NCBI GenBank assembly: GCA_965541615.1
Contig: CBEUCJ010000001.1
Location: forward strand, 195,754-259,753
Direction: 5' to 3'
Source: an uncultured bacterium
GTDB taxonomy: Bacteria > Omnitrophota > Gorgyraeia > Duberdicusellales > CBEUCJ01
Length of the DNA: 64,000 nucleotides
The translations under genes were made by a program, and so were the position numbers. Of the stretch, positions 33,370-43,944 are shown piece by piece. The notes under the pieces were generated by a model, which saw nothing but the letters and a program-made list of their open reading frames with translations, had not been told where the DNA came from and did no database searches. The first letter of the stretch is position 1; each line of letters opens with the position of its first letter.

Positions 33370-35421
33370 TTGAAAAGATATATTTTTTTAATTATTCTAA
33401 TAGGCTTTTTCTTATATTTAAAAGTTATATTCTTTGATTTTGTTTGGGATGATAAAGCTTTAGTTATAAATAATCCTTTAATAAGACCCCCTTTAAGACT
33501 CAAAGAAATATTTACCAATACAATATTCTATCCAAAAGTATTAAAGACTCCTTTTTGGAGACCTCTTCAAACTTTAAGTTACTTTTTAGATTATAAAATA
33601 GCAGGTCTTAATTCTAAAATTTTCCATTTAACTAATATTATTCTTCATATTTTAAACTCCATTTTAGTATTTTTAATCATCCAAAATATTTTTTCTAAAA
33701 AATTTATATCTTTTTTTACATCTATATTTTTTCTTATTCATCCTTTAAATTTAGAATCTGTGTGTTATGTATCAGGAAGAGCAGATTTATTGATGGGATT
33801 CTTTATATTAACAGCTTTTTATTTTTTTCTATTTTATCAAAACACTAATAAATTACTCTTTCTTTTACTTTCTTTAATATTTTTTTCTTTAGCTTTACTT
33901 TCAAAGGAACCCAGTTTAATATTTCCCATTTGGATTTTTTTATATTTAAAATTTATAAAAAAAGATGTTTTTAAAAAAGCTTTTAAAAAAACTATATTCT
34001 TTTTTTTAATCTCTTTTTTTTATCTAATTTTAAGGATCTTTGTTTTAAAGATTCCTTCCTCTATAACTCTTCAAAAATTCTATCCTCCTTTAGTAAGATT
34101 TCTAACTCTGCCTCAAGTTTTTTTTCAATACTTAATTGTTCTCTTTTTTCCAATACATCTTCATATGGCAAGGAATGTGATGATTTTTGAGAAGTTTTGC
34201 TTTTTTTTATTATTTCAATGGTTGATAATGCTGTTTATTTTTCTTTTTCTTTTTAAAATTTCTCAAAAATCTTTTTATGCAAAGTTTTCTCTTATTTTCT
34301 TTTTTACTTTTTTATTTCCTAATCTACCACCTTTTCCTCAGAATGCTTTTTTAGCAGAACATTTTTTATATTTAGCTCAGGTAGGTATATGGGTTATGCT
34401 TTCAGTTTTTTTATATTCTAAGAAGTTAAGAAGTATTTTGTTTTTCTATCTTTTGTTTATATTTTTTATTAACTTTAAAACCTCTGATTATTGGAAAGAT
34501 AATAAAGTGCTTTATGAAAGGATACTTAAACTTTCTCCTAATAGTTTTGCTGTATGTAATAATTTAGGGACAGTGTATTTAGAAGAGGGAGATTTTAAAA
34601 AAGCTGATTTTTTATTTAAAAGAGCTTTAGAGATTAATCCTGGTTTTTTAGAAGCAAAACTCAATTTAGCTAGGATTTATTATCTTAAAGGAGATTTAGA
34701 GAAAGCTATAAGTATGACTAAAAAAATAATAAAATCAGAACCTTCTTATTACTTAGCTTACCAGTATTTAGGTGCTTTTTATGCAAAAAAGAAAAATTTT
34801 GAAAAAGCTGAAAAAGCATTTAAAAAAGCTTTAGAGTTAAATCCTAAGAATCCTTTAATTTGGTATGATCTTTACCTTTTTTATAAAGAAAAAGGAGATA
34901 TTAAGAATGCATATTCTGTTTTAAAGAAAGCAGGCAGTTTAAATAAAGAGTATTTTGGTGAGTTTTATTTTTTAAAAAGCAAAGAGTTTTTAGAAAAAGG
35001 AAATTTTAAAAAAGCTTTAAATTATGTAAATAAAGCTTTAAGAATAAATAGATTAAAATGTGAGTATTTTAATTTGAAAGGTGTAATATTTAAAAATATG
35101 GGTAGGTTTAAAGAAGCAATTATTTTTTATAAGAAAGCTTTAAGATTAAATCCTAAGAGTCCACAGGTTTATAATAATTTAGGAGTACTCTTTGCTCTTT
35201 TAAAAAGGGATAAGGAAGCAGAATTCTATTTTAAAAAGTCTTTAGAATTTGATAAAGATAACTTTGAAGCAAATATGAATTTGGGTTTTTTTTATTTAAA
35301 AAAAGGAGAAAAAGCTAAAGCAAGATATTATTTTTTAAAAGCAAAAAAAATAAATCCTCAATATTTTTCAAAATTTAAAGATTATTTAAAAGACAACTCA
35401 ATTATTGATGTAGATTTCTGA
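33370..35421 (+). CDS. TMTC-like GT-C membrane protein (DUF1736-type N-terminal domain) with C-terminal TPR repeats
   Basis: N-terminal FDFVWDDKALVINNP...FWRPLQTLSYFLDYKIAGLNSKIFHLTNIILHILNSILVFL matches the W-DD / RPL / HL-N--LH motif set of TMTC/PMT_2-like proteins. At least 8 TPR units follow (NNLGTVYLEEGDFKKA...). Confidence 0.5.
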   Translation: MKRYIFLIILIGFFLYLKVIFFDFVWDDKALVINNPLIRPPLRLKEIFTNTIFYPKVLKTPFWRPLQTLSYFLDYKIAGLNSKIFHLTNIILHILNSILVFLIIQNIFSKKFISFFTSIFFLIHPLNLESVCYVSGRADLLMGFFILTAFYFFLFYQNTNKLLFLLLSLIFFSLALLSKEPSLIFPIWIFLYLKFIKKDVFKKAFKKTIFFFLISFFYLILRIFVLKIPSSITLQKFYPPLVRFLTLPQVFFQYLIVLFFPIHLHMARNVMIFEKFCFFLLFQWLIMLFIFLFLFKISQKSFYAKFSLIFFFTFLFPNLPPFPQNAFLAEHFLYLAQVGIWVMLSVFLYSKKLRSILFFYLLFIFFINFKTSDYWKDNKVLYERILKLSPNSFAVCNNLGTVYLEEGDFKKADFLFKRALEINPGFLEAKLNLARIYYLKGDLEKAISMTKKIIKSEPSYYLAYQYLGAFYAKKKNFEKAEKAFKKALELNPKNPLIWYDLYLFYKEKGDIKNAYSVLKKAGSLNKEYFGEFYFLKSKEFLEKGNFKKALNYVNKALRINRLKCEYFNLKGVIFKNMGRFKEAIIFYKKALRLNPKSPQVYNNLGVLFALLKRDKEAEFYFKKSLEFDKDNFEANMNLGFFYLKKGEKAKARYYFLKAKKINPQYFSKFKDYLKDNSIIDVDF

Positions 35422-35441
35422 AGATGATAAGATAGTGTAAA

Positions 35442-36359
35442 ATGTTAAAGAAACCATATTCTAAAGAAAAGATAGTTTGCTTAAATATAGGAGAAGATTC
35501 AATTAAAGGAATAGAAATTGAGACATTACCTCCTCTAAAAGACCTCCCTTTTAGGTTTATTCTTGATAAGTTTTATATCAAAAATTTTAAAGAACTTACT
35601 TGTGAAGTTTTAAAAGAATTTTTTCTAAAAGCAAATTTTTCTACCCAAAAAGTAAGAGTATGTTTAGAAAGGATTCATACTCTTGCAAGATACATTGAGC
35701 TTCCTAAAATGGAGCTTAAAGAATTCAAAAACGCTCTTAAGTTTGAAGTAGAAAAGTGCATTCCTTTTTCTATAGAAGAAGTGTACTTTGACGGAGATAT
35801 TTTAGAAGAGTATGAGCAAAAAATGAGGGTGATAGTAGCTGTTTGCAAGAAAAAATTAATAGATTCTATTTTAGATCTTTTTAATAAAATAAATATTTTT
35901 GTTGAGTTAATAAATTTAGAGAGTTTAGCTTTGATTAATTTTTTTAATTATTTTTTCAAAGTCAACACAGAAACAGGTTTACTCAATATTGGAGATAAGG
36001 TTAGTTCCTTTACTATTTTGAGAGCTCAGATTCCTTTTTTAACAAGAGTCATAGCTTTGGGTAGATACCATTTTTTAAAAGAAGATAATTTTAATTCTTT
36101 TGAGAATCTGCTTAGAGAAATTAAACTTACCTTAGATTATTTTGAGACTCAAACTTCAAGTTCAGTAAAAAAGATGTTTATAACTGGAGAAGGAGTATAT
36201 ATTAGCAAAATAACAGATTTCTTTACAGAAAATCTAAATATACCTGCAGAAAAGCTTAGTATTGAAAACAAAATAGATTTTAAAGATCCTTCTACAAAAT
36301 CAAATTTTTTAAAAGAAGAAAATACATTCCATGCGTGTTTGGGGTTAGGGGTATCATGA
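35442..36359 (+). CDS. pilM: type IV pilus assembly protein PilM (actin-like)
   Basis: Position upstream of pilNOPQ; size and N-terminal VCLNIGEDSIKGIEIE segment. Confidence 0.55.
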   Translation: MLKKPYSKEKIVCLNIGEDSIKGIEIETLPPLKDLPFRFILDKFYIKNFKELTCEVLKEFFLKANFSTQKVRVCLERIHTLARYIELPKMELKEFKNALKFEVEKCIPFSIEEVYFDGDILEEYEQKMRVIVAVCKKKLIDSILDLFNKINIFVELINLESLALINFFNYFFKVNTETGLLNIGDKVSSFTILRAQIPFLTRVIALGRYHFLKEDNFNSFENLLREIKLTLDYFETQTSSSVKKMFITGEGVYISKITDFFTENLNIPAEKLSIENKIDFKDPSTKSNFLKEENTFHACLGLGVS

Positions 36360-36925
36360 TAATAAAAATAAATCTTTTACCTCCTCATGTAAAAGATTCT
36401 CAAAGAAAAATTAAAAAAATTAAATTAAATTTTAAGACTTTAGTTAAAGTGCTTTTAATTTTTATAATAATAGAAATTTCTTTAGGAGTCTTAAAAGGAG
36501 CAATTAAATTTAAGATAAAAAAGATAAATAAAGAAAGGAAAAGATTAGCTCCTTTATTAGGACAAATTCAGTCTATAAACAGAGAGTTGAGAAAAATAGA
36601 AGAGAAAATCTCTATTTTAAATAGTGTAAAGAAAAGGAATTTTTGTATATCTCTTTTTTTTGATAAGCTTTTAAAGATTTTGCCCAAAACCATTTGGTTT
36701 TCAAAAGTAATTATTACACAAGAAAATATATTTATAGAAGGCAGTTCAGTAAGTTTGGGTAAATTTGATCAGACTTACTATGTGAATGAGCTGGTAGAGA
36801 GAATAAGAGATTGTTTTAAAGATATTGTTCAAGATGTAGAATTGAAATCTTTAAGAAAGAGAAACATTTCAAAAACTGAAATTGCAGATTTTTCTATATG
36901 GATAAGATTAAAATCAGAAAATTAA
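36335..36925 (+). CDS. pilN: PilN-like fimbrial assembly protein
   Basis: INLLPPHVK N-terminus, single TM, coiled coil. Confidence 0.55.
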   Translation: MFGVRGIMIIKINLLPPHVKDSQRKIKKIKLNFKTLVKVLLIFIIIEISLGVLKGAIKFKIKKINKERKRLAPLLGQIQSINRELRKIEEKISILNSVKKRNFCISLFFDKLLKILPKTIWFSKVIITQENIFIEGSSVSLGKFDQTYYVNELVERIRDCFKDIVQDVELKSLRKRNISKTEIADFSIWIRLKSEN

Positions 36926-37446
36926 TATACTTTCTTCTTATAGGAATATTAGGAATAAATATCTTCTTTTTATTTCCTTTTCAGGTGATTACATTCTTTT
37001 CTATAAATAAGAAGTTAATAAAGCTTTCAAGAAAATTAAAGGAAGAAAAACTCCAAGTCTCCAGACTCACCAAATACAAAGAAAGTTTAAAATTGCAAAA
37101 AGAAAAATATCAAAAAGTTTTAAACAGTAGTATCAGAGAAGAAGAGTTCTCTAAAATTATTAGTATAATCTCACAAAAAGCTAAAAAATTCGGGGTTAAA
37201 CTCTGTGATTTAGAACCTTTGGAGATCTCTGAAAAGAATAGTTTTGATGGAGGAGAATGTTATCTTAAGCCTATTTCTGTTACTGCCTACAGTACTTTCA
37301 AATCATTTATGAGATTCTTAAGGTATATAGAAAAATATGAAAAGTTTATAAAGGTTAAAAATTTAGAGATCCTCTCAACCTACTCTGGAGAGTATCCTAT
37401 CAGGTTTTTATTAGAGGTTTTTGTGATAAAATTTAAAAAAATATGA
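36898..37446 (+). CDS. pilO: PilO-like protein
   Basis: Single N-terminal TM + coiled coil; synteny. Confidence 0.45.
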   Translation: MDKIKIRKLIYFLLIGILGINIFFLFPFQVITFFSINKKLIKLSRKLKEEKLQVSRLTKYKESLKLQKEKYQKVLNSSIREEEFSKIISIISQKAKKFGVKLCDLEPLEISEKNSFDGGECYLKPISVTAYSTFKSFMRFLRYIEKYEKFIKVKNLEILSTYSGEYPIRFLLEVFVIKFKKI

Positions 37447-37781
37447 AGATACTTTTTTATCTTCTTATTTTTTTATTTTTTCAGAATTTTACTTACGCAG
37501 ATAATTCTGAAAGAGACCCTTTTCTTCCTTTAGTATCTCCTGAAGGTAAACTGATAAACATTTCTTACAAAATCTCTTTTTCAGAGATTAAATTGGAGGC
37601 TATCATTTATTCGAAAGATAAACCTTTAGCTATAATAAATGGTAATCTTTATAAAGAAGGTGAAAAGATTGGAGAATACAAGATTGTTAAGATAAATGAA
37701 GATAAGGTAGTTTTAAAAAAAGGAAAAGAAGAATTTAATTTGATGTTGTATGAAGAAAAGTTTCAAAACCAAGGAAGGTGA
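37443..37781 (+). CDS. PilP-like small periplasmic protein
   Basis: Signal peptide; 112 aa; position between pilO and pilQ. Confidence 0.35.
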   Translation: MKILFYLLIFLFFQNFTYADNSERDPFLPLVSPEGKLINISYKISFSEIKLEAIIYSKDKPLAIINGNLYKEGEKIGEYKIVKINEDKVVLKKGKEEFNLMLYEEKFQNQGR

Positions 37782-37787
37782 TTAAAG

Positions 37788-39092
37788 ATGAAGAAGATCA
37801 GTTTTTTATTGGTTTTTTTATTTTTGATTTTTTGTACTTATTCTCAAAATAAACCAGATACAAAAAAGAAAGATTCAGAAAATGAAGTTAGAATAACTTT
37901 AAATCTCAAAGATACAGATATTAAAACTTTCTTACAAGCTATAGCTGAAGCAGCCAAAGTCAATATAATCCCAGGTCCTGAAGTAGACGCAAAAGTTACA
38001 GCTCGTTTAAAAAACATTCCTTGGAAAAAAGCTTTAAGCGTAGTCTTAAAAGCTTATGGATTTGAATTTGAAGAGATATCACCTGGAGTAATCTATGTTA
38101 CAACTTTAGAGAAGATGGCTGAGAAAAGAAAACTAGAAAGAGAACTTAAAACTCAAGAACCTTTAGTTACAAAGACCTTTTCTTTAAACTATGCTAAGGT
38201 AGATGAGATTTCAGAGCCTATAAAACAGTTATTAACTCCTAGAGGAAAGATTACTTACGATAAAAGGACTAATACTCTTATAATTACAGATACAAAGAGC
38301 AATTTAGAGAGTTTAAAGAATCTGATCAAAAATTTAGATAGAAAAACAAAACAGATTTTAATAGAAGTGAGAATAGAAGAAGCAGATGTCAATCTAACAG
38401 AAAAATTGGGTATAAATTGGTCCTTAACAAATGCTAGTATGAATTTACCTAAAGTTGAACATAAATGGCCATTTGGTGGTGGTACAAAGTTTGAAAAAAG
38501 ATATATAAAAGGTCAATGGCCTACCCCTACACTTACTCATGGAATCATAGACCTTTCTAATGTAAGTGCAATTTTAGATGCTTTAGAAACAGAAGGACAT
38601 ACAAAGTTAATAGCCCATCCTAAAGTAGTCACTTTAGAAAATGAACCTGCCAAAATAAAAGTAGTTACAGAATGGCCAATCCCTAATTATTCTTATAATT
38701 CAGAGACAGGACAATGGGAGATAACTGGTTTTGAATATAAAGACATAGGTGTAGTCTTAGAAGTTACTCCTCAAATAAATGAAGAAAATATGGTTACTCT
38801 GAAAGTTAAACCCGAAGTTACAGAAGAATCTGGTGAAAAAATAGACTTTACAGGAGGAGCTCAATTGCCTATCACTTTAAAAAGAGAAGCTGAATTAAAA
38901 GTTAGTATTAAAGATGGACAGACTTTAGTTATAGGTGGTCTTTTAAAGTCTTCTAAAAATATTACAAAAAGTAAATTTCCTTTATTAAGCAAAGTGCCTT
39001 TATTAGGATGGTTTTTTTCTCATAAATATGAGAGCAAAAAAGATGTAGACTTATTAATATTCATTACTCCCCACATATTAAAAGAATCATAA
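37788..39092 (+). CDS. pilQ: type IV pilus secretin PilQ
   Basis: Secretin C-domain GQTLVIGGLLKSSKNITKSKFPLLSKVPLLGWFF...DLLIFITPHIL; N-terminal signal peptide. Confidence 0.8.
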   Translation: MKKISFLLVFLFLIFCTYSQNKPDTKKKDSENEVRITLNLKDTDIKTFLQAIAEAAKVNIIPGPEVDAKVTARLKNIPWKKALSVVLKAYGFEFEEISPGVIYVTTLEKMAEKRKLERELKTQEPLVTKTFSLNYAKVDEISEPIKQLLTPRGKITYDKRTNTLIITDTKSNLESLKNLIKNLDRKTKQILIEVRIEEADVNLTEKLGINWSLTNASMNLPKVEHKWPFGGGTKFEKRYIKGQWPTPTLTHGIIDLSNVSAILDALETEGHTKLIAHPKVVTLENEPAKIKVVTEWPIPNYSYNSETGQWEITGFEYKDIGVVLEVTPQINEENMVTLKVKPEVTEESGEKIDFTGGAQLPITLKREAELKVSIKDGQTLVIGGLLKSSKNITKSKFPLLSKVPLLGWFFSHKYESKKDVDLLIFITPHILKES

Positions 39093-39122
39093 AAAAATTT
39101 AATTTTTAAAGTCTAAAATTCC

Positions 39123-39150
39123 TTGACAGTTTGATAAAAAGGTTTATAAA
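39123..39150 (+). promoter_or_regulatory. sigma70-like promoter (-35 TTGACA, 16-nt spacer, -10 TATAAA) upstream of the acyl-CoA ligase/MMPL operon
   Basis: ttgacagtttgataaaaaggtttataaa read directly. Confidence 0.4.
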
Positions 39151-39179
39151 ATTAAATAATAAAATTTTAATAATTAAAT

Positions 39180-40661
39180 ATGAATATAAAAAATTTACTC
39201 TTAGAAAAAGCAGAAAAGTTTCCTTTAAAACCTTCTATTATTTTTGAAGATAAAACGATAACTTTTAAAGAATTAAAAGAAAGTGTTTTTTTATTTAGTC
39301 AATATCTTTTAAATTCAGGTATTAGAAAAGGAGATAAAGTAAGTATTTATCTTCCTAATCTGCCTGAGTACATAATCTCTTATTTAAGTATATGGAATTT
39401 AGGAGCAACAGCTGTTCCTTTAGATTTCATGTTTACTCAATCAGAATTAGAAAATATGATTTTGCATTCAGAATCAAAAATTTTAATATGCGAAGAAAAA
39501 AAAGGGATAAATTTTGAAGAATTAAAAAGAAAGACCAATTTAAAGAAAATAATATTTTTAGAAGATTTTAAAAATATAGATAAAAATTTAAAATATAAGA
39601 ACTCTGTACAAATAAATCCAGAAGATTTAGCTTTAATCTTTTATACTTCAGGAACGACAGGCGTTCCAAAAGGAGTTATGATCCCTTATGAGAATTTAGA
39701 AATCCCTCCTAAAAATGTTGATTATTTTTTGGATATAAGTGAATCTGATATTTGTCTGTGTAGTGTTCCTTTATCTCATGCAGGAGGTTGGGTGTATTTG
39801 TTATTGATGCTTTATAAAGGAGTTACAGTAATCTTAATGCAAAGATTTGAACCTTTAAAGTTTTTAAAAAATATAGAAAAGTACAAAGTAACTATTTTCT
39901 GGATAGTCCCTTCTATGTATATAGCTCTTTTAGTTTCAAAGGAAATTAAAAAAATAGATTTAAGTAGTTTAAAATACGCTGTAGTATTTGGAGCTCCTTC
40001 AAGTCCACATTTATTGAAAAAATTTCACAAATTTTGTCCTAATGCAAAACTTTTAAATGGATGGGGAATGACTGAAACATCTGCTCCTAATATAGTAACA
40101 CCTCCTTTTTCAGAGAAAATAGAAAGTGTAGGAAAACCTGTTCCTTGGATAGAGTTAAAGATTGTAGATGAAGATGGAAAAGCTTTAGGACAGAATGAAA
40201 TAGGAGAGTTGTTAATAAAGGGTAAAGGTTTGTTTAAAGGATATTATAAAAATGAAGAGTTAACAAAAGCTTCTTTTACTTGTGATGGGTTTTTTAAAAC
40301 AGGTGATTTAGCAAAGGTAGACCAAGAAGGTTTTTATTACATAGTAGGGAGAAAAAAAGAGATGATAAAAGTAGGAGGTGAGATAGTCTTTGAAAATGAG
40401 ATTGAAAAAGCAATTCTAACTCATCCTAAAGTAAAAGATGTTGCTGTAATAGGTGTTCCAGATACTTTAAGAGGAGAGGTTCCAAAAGCATTTGTAGTTT
40501 TAAAAGAAAAAAAGACTTTATCTGAATTTGAATTAAAAGAGTTCTTAAAAAGTAAATTAGCACATTTTAAAATTCCTCATTATATAGAATTCGTGACAGA
40601 ACTCCCTAAGACAAGATCAGGAAAAATAAATAAGGAACTTCTACGCAGAAAGATTCAATAA
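39180..40661 (+). CDS. AMP-dependent synthetase/ligase (acyl-CoA synthetase family)
   Basis: IFYTSGTTGVPKGV (AMP-binding motif I); GWGMTETS; FKTGDLAKVDQEGFYYIVGRKKEMIKVGGE. Confidence 0.75.
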   Translation: MNIKNLLLEKAEKFPLKPSIIFEDKTITFKELKESVFLFSQYLLNSGIRKGDKVSIYLPNLPEYIISYLSIWNLGATAVPLDFMFTQSELENMILHSESKILICEEKKGINFEELKRKTNLKKIIFLEDFKNIDKNLKYKNSVQINPEDLALIFYTSGTTGVPKGVMIPYENLEIPPKNVDYFLDISESDICLCSVPLSHAGGWVYLLLMLYKGVTVILMQRFEPLKFLKNIEKYKVTIFWIVPSMYIALLVSKEIKKIDLSSLKYAVVFGAPSSPHLLKKFHKFCPNAKLLNGWGMTETSAPNIVTPPFSEKIESVGKPVPWIELKIVDEDGKALGQNEIGELLIKGKGLFKGYYKNEELTKASFTCDGFFKTGDLAKVDQEGFYYIVGRKKEMIKVGGEIVFENEIEKAILTHPKVKDVAVIGVPDTLRGEVPKAFVVLKEKKTLSEFELKEFLKSKLAHFKIPHYIEFVTELPKTRSGKINKELLRRKIQ

Positions 40662-40667
40662 GTTTTT

Positions 40668-43028
40668 ATGGAATTAATGAGAGAAGACTTTAAGTATAAG
40701 ATAGCTAAAACTATCATTCATTTTAGGATTTACATAATATTAGGATTTAGTTTTTTAACATTCTGGTTTCTGTCTTTAGTAAAAGATATAAAATTTGAAA
40801 CTACTTTAGGAGATTTTTTACCTCAAAAGCATCCTTTTATAAAAGTCCATAATAAATTAACTTGCGTATTTGGAGGCTTAAATCAGGTGAGCATTGCTTT
40901 AAAAGTAAAAAGAGGAGATATCTTTAACAAAGATTTTTTAGAAAAGGTCATTAATATTACACAGGATCTATATTTAACAGATGGAGTAAATATCTCAAGG
41001 ATAAGATCTTTGGCTTCTAGAAATACAAAGTATGTAAGAGTTACTTCAGAAGGGTTTTTTTCAGAAAGATTGTTGAGGGTGCTACCTTCTACTCAAAAAG
41101 AGTTATCTGAATTTAAAAAGAAAGTTTTGAGTAACCCTAACATTTTAAAGATGGTTTCAAAAGATTTAAAGAGCACTTTAATTCAAGTAGATTTTAATCC
41201 AGATGTAAAGACTTCATACGTCTTTAAAGTTTTACAAGATTTAAAAAAGAAGTATGAAGATGAGAATACAAAAATCTATATAGCAGGCTTTCCTGTTTTA
41301 GAAGGTTGGATGAATTTTTATTTGCCTAAGATGGTAAGACTTCTTTTTGTGAGTATGGGAGTAATAGCTGTGATCTTATATCTTACATTTAGATCTAAAA
41401 GAGGAGTAATTCTTCCATTTTTGGATTCTTGTATGGCTACTATTTGGGGAATAGGAGTAATGAAGGTTTTAGGTTTAAAGTTAAACCCTTCTACAATTTT
41501 AGTCCCCTTTATAGTGCTCTCTTTAGGAATAAGCCATTCAGTACACACTTTAAAGAGATATTATGAAGAAATGAAAGACCCTCAAACCAAATCCAAGAGA
41601 GCAGTTATTAACACTGTAAGTAGTTTGCTTTTGCCAGGTTTAGGATGTGTATTAACAGATGGTTTTGGATTTTTGTCTTTATTGTTAGTGCCTATTCCTG
41701 CTATTAGGAGTATGGCTTTAGCTTCTGGAGTAGGGATTATAGCAAATTTTTTCACTTCTTTTATGTTCACTCCTTCTATTTTGTCTTTTTTACATAGACC
41801 TAAGATTTTAGAGATAAAGAAAGAAGAGACTCACATTTGGGTAGATAAATTCTTAAAAAAATTAAGCATATTTTCCATGAATAAGAGAGCATCAAGGTTT
41901 TTAACAATCTGTTGTATAAGTTTAATATTAATTTCTCTAACCCAGATAACTAAAATAACTGTAGGAGACAATTCAGAAGGAACTTCTTTATTGAGCCCCA
42001 ACACTCCTTACAATATCTCAGAAAAGTTCATAAATACTCATTTTGGAGGTACTAATTCCTATTACATTCTAATAAGTTCTAAAGATCAAATACTTTCTTC
42101 AAAAAATTTGAAAGAAATAGATGCTTTACAAAATTACTTATTAAAAAGAGTAAGATCTGCAGGTTCTGCAGATTCTGTAGCTAACGTTATAAAAGCTTTA
42201 AATATGATTATTTTTGGAGGCAATAAAAAACATTTTTCTATCCCTGAAGATGACAAGACTATAGCTGAGTATTGGTTTTTGTATACTATCTCAGGTTTTC
42301 CAGGAGATTTTGATCACCTAATTACCAGAGATAAAAAAATAGCAAATATAAAGATAGATTTAAAGGATCATAAAACTTCTACAGTAAATAAAATAGTTAA
42401 AGAAACTGAAAATTGGTTAAAAACCTATAAAAAATCTAAGGATTTAAATTTTGAATATGCAGGTGGAGATATAGGTATTTTATATGCAATAAATGACATA
42501 ATAAAAAAGACTTTACTTCCTAATTTTTTATTCATCCTTTTTTTGATATTTTTGTATGTAAGTTTAATCTATAGATCTCTTGTTGCAGGCACATTTTTAA
42601 TAATCCCTTTGATTTTCAGCTCTTTGATAGTATTTTGTGTATTTGGTTTTTTAAATATGAGTTTAACTACAGAGACTCTGCCTTTGGTTTCTTTAAGCTG
42701 TGGGTTAGGAATAAATTATGGGATATATATCATAGATAGATTATATCAAGAGATAAGGAATAAAAAGACTACTTATAAAAATATCTTGTATGAGACTCTC
42801 ATTACTTCAGGAAAAGCTGTATTCTTTAGTGGTTTCATAGTCTCAATAGGTGTATTTATGTGGGTATTCTCTGAGATTTTACTTCAAAGTAAGTTGGGTT
42901 TGAACCTTTGTATAAGTTTACTTTTAAATATGATAATAAGTTTAGTACTTTTGCCATATTTGGCATGGCAGATAAAACCAGCTTTTTTATTTAAGAGAAT
43001 TAAGAAAAGGATTAAAAGGAGGTGCTAA
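40668..43028 (+). CDS. MMPL/RND-superfamily exporter (HpnN-like)
   Basis: 786 aa; two 6-TM bundles separated by large periplasmic loops; typical MMPL/SSD topology. Confidence 0.6.
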   Translation: MELMREDFKYKIAKTIIHFRIYIILGFSFLTFWFLSLVKDIKFETTLGDFLPQKHPFIKVHNKLTCVFGGLNQVSIALKVKRGDIFNKDFLEKVINITQDLYLTDGVNISRIRSLASRNTKYVRVTSEGFFSERLLRVLPSTQKELSEFKKKVLSNPNILKMVSKDLKSTLIQVDFNPDVKTSYVFKVLQDLKKKYEDENTKIYIAGFPVLEGWMNFYLPKMVRLLFVSMGVIAVILYLTFRSKRGVILPFLDSCMATIWGIGVMKVLGLKLNPSTILVPFIVLSLGISHSVHTLKRYYEEMKDPQTKSKRAVINTVSSLLLPGLGCVLTDGFGFLSLLLVPIPAIRSMALASGVGIIANFFTSFMFTPSILSFLHRPKILEIKKEETHIWVDKFLKKLSIFSMNKRASRFLTICCISLILISLTQITKITVGDNSEGTSLLSPNTPYNISEKFINTHFGGTNSYYILISSKDQILSSKNLKEIDALQNYLLKRVRSAGSADSVANVIKALNMIIFGGNKKHFSIPEDDKTIAEYWFLYTISGFPGDFDHLITRDKKIANIKIDLKDHKTSTVNKIVKETENWLKTYKKSKDLNFEYAGGDIGILYAINDIIKKTLLPNFLFILFLIFLYVSLIYRSLVAGTFLIIPLIFSSLIVFCVFGFLNMSLTTETLPLVSLSCGLGINYGIYIIDRLYQEIRNKKTTYKNILYETLITSGKAVFFSGFIVSIGVFMWVFSEILLQSKLGLNLCISLLLNMIISLVLLPYLAWQIKPAFLFKRIKKRIKRRC

Positions 43029-43909
43029 AGATGAAAAGAGGATTACTTATTTCAATTTTATACTTAGGATTAATTTCGATAACCTTTTCACAAGATTTAG
43101 AATACCACAAGCTTTATTCTCTTACTGATGGTATGACAGCAGAGCAGATAATGAAGATAATGTACCATAACAAATATTCTTTGTTTGCTAAAGATATTAC
43201 TTTTAAAGGAGAGGTAATCTATATTGATAGTCCTACTTTTCAAAGAAAGAGAAAGTATAAAAAAAGTCGTATTATCTTAGGAAAAGATGGTTTTTCTTAT
43301 AAGGAACTCACAGTAATAACCTATCCTACAGAAGTAAAAGGTTTAGCAGTTTTGGTATGGAGTTATATATCTCCTCAGAAAGATCAACAGGTCTGGTTGT
43401 GGTTGCCTTCTTTAAAGAAAGTCAGAAAAATCTCAGCTTCACAAGATGATGATTCTTTTATGGGTTCAGATTTCACAGTAGAAGAGGTCTCTACCAGAAG
43501 ATTTGAAGATGAGACTTACAGATTAATAGGAGAAAAAGTATTCAGTGGTTATGAGTTTGATTATATGAAGAAGACTATTTTTAAAGGTAGAAGATGTTAT
43601 GTAATAGAAGCAAAACCCAAAAAAAAGAACTGGTATTATGCAAAGAGGATAGTATGGATAGATAAGGAGATTGGAGGAAATATTTATGAAGAGTATTTTG
43701 ATAAAAAAGGTAGGCTCTTTAAAAAAATATTTAGATATTGGAAATTAATAGATGTGAATGGTAAAAAGTATCCCACTCAGATAGCTTTAGAGGTAAAAGA
43801 CTTAAGGACTAATCATAAAACAATAATTTTAATGGAAGATATAAAATATGACCAAAATATAAAAGAAGAATATTTCACAGTAAAGACCTTAATGCGTCAA
43901 AGATGGTAA
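43022..43909 (+). CDS. LolA-like outer-membrane lipoprotein-sorting domain protein (DUF1329-type partner of RND exporters)
   Basis: Signal peptide; size and position right after the MMPL gene. Confidence 0.35.
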   Translation: MLKMKRGLLISILYLGLISITFSQDLEYHKLYSLTDGMTAEQIMKIMYHNKYSLFAKDITFKGEVIYIDSPTFQRKRKYKKSRIILGKDGFSYKELTVITYPTEVKGLAVLVWSYISPQKDQQVWLWLPSLKKVRKISASQDDDSFMGSDFTVEEVSTRRFEDETYRLIGEKVFSGYEFDYMKKTIFKGRRCYVIEAKPKKKNWYYAKRIVWIDKEIGGNIYEEYFDKKGRLFKKIFRYWKLIDVNGKKYPTQIALEVKDLRTNHKTIILMEDIKYDQNIKEEYFTVKTLMRQRW

Positions 43910-43944
43910 GATATAAAAATTTTTTTAAAAAAGGAGGCTAAATT

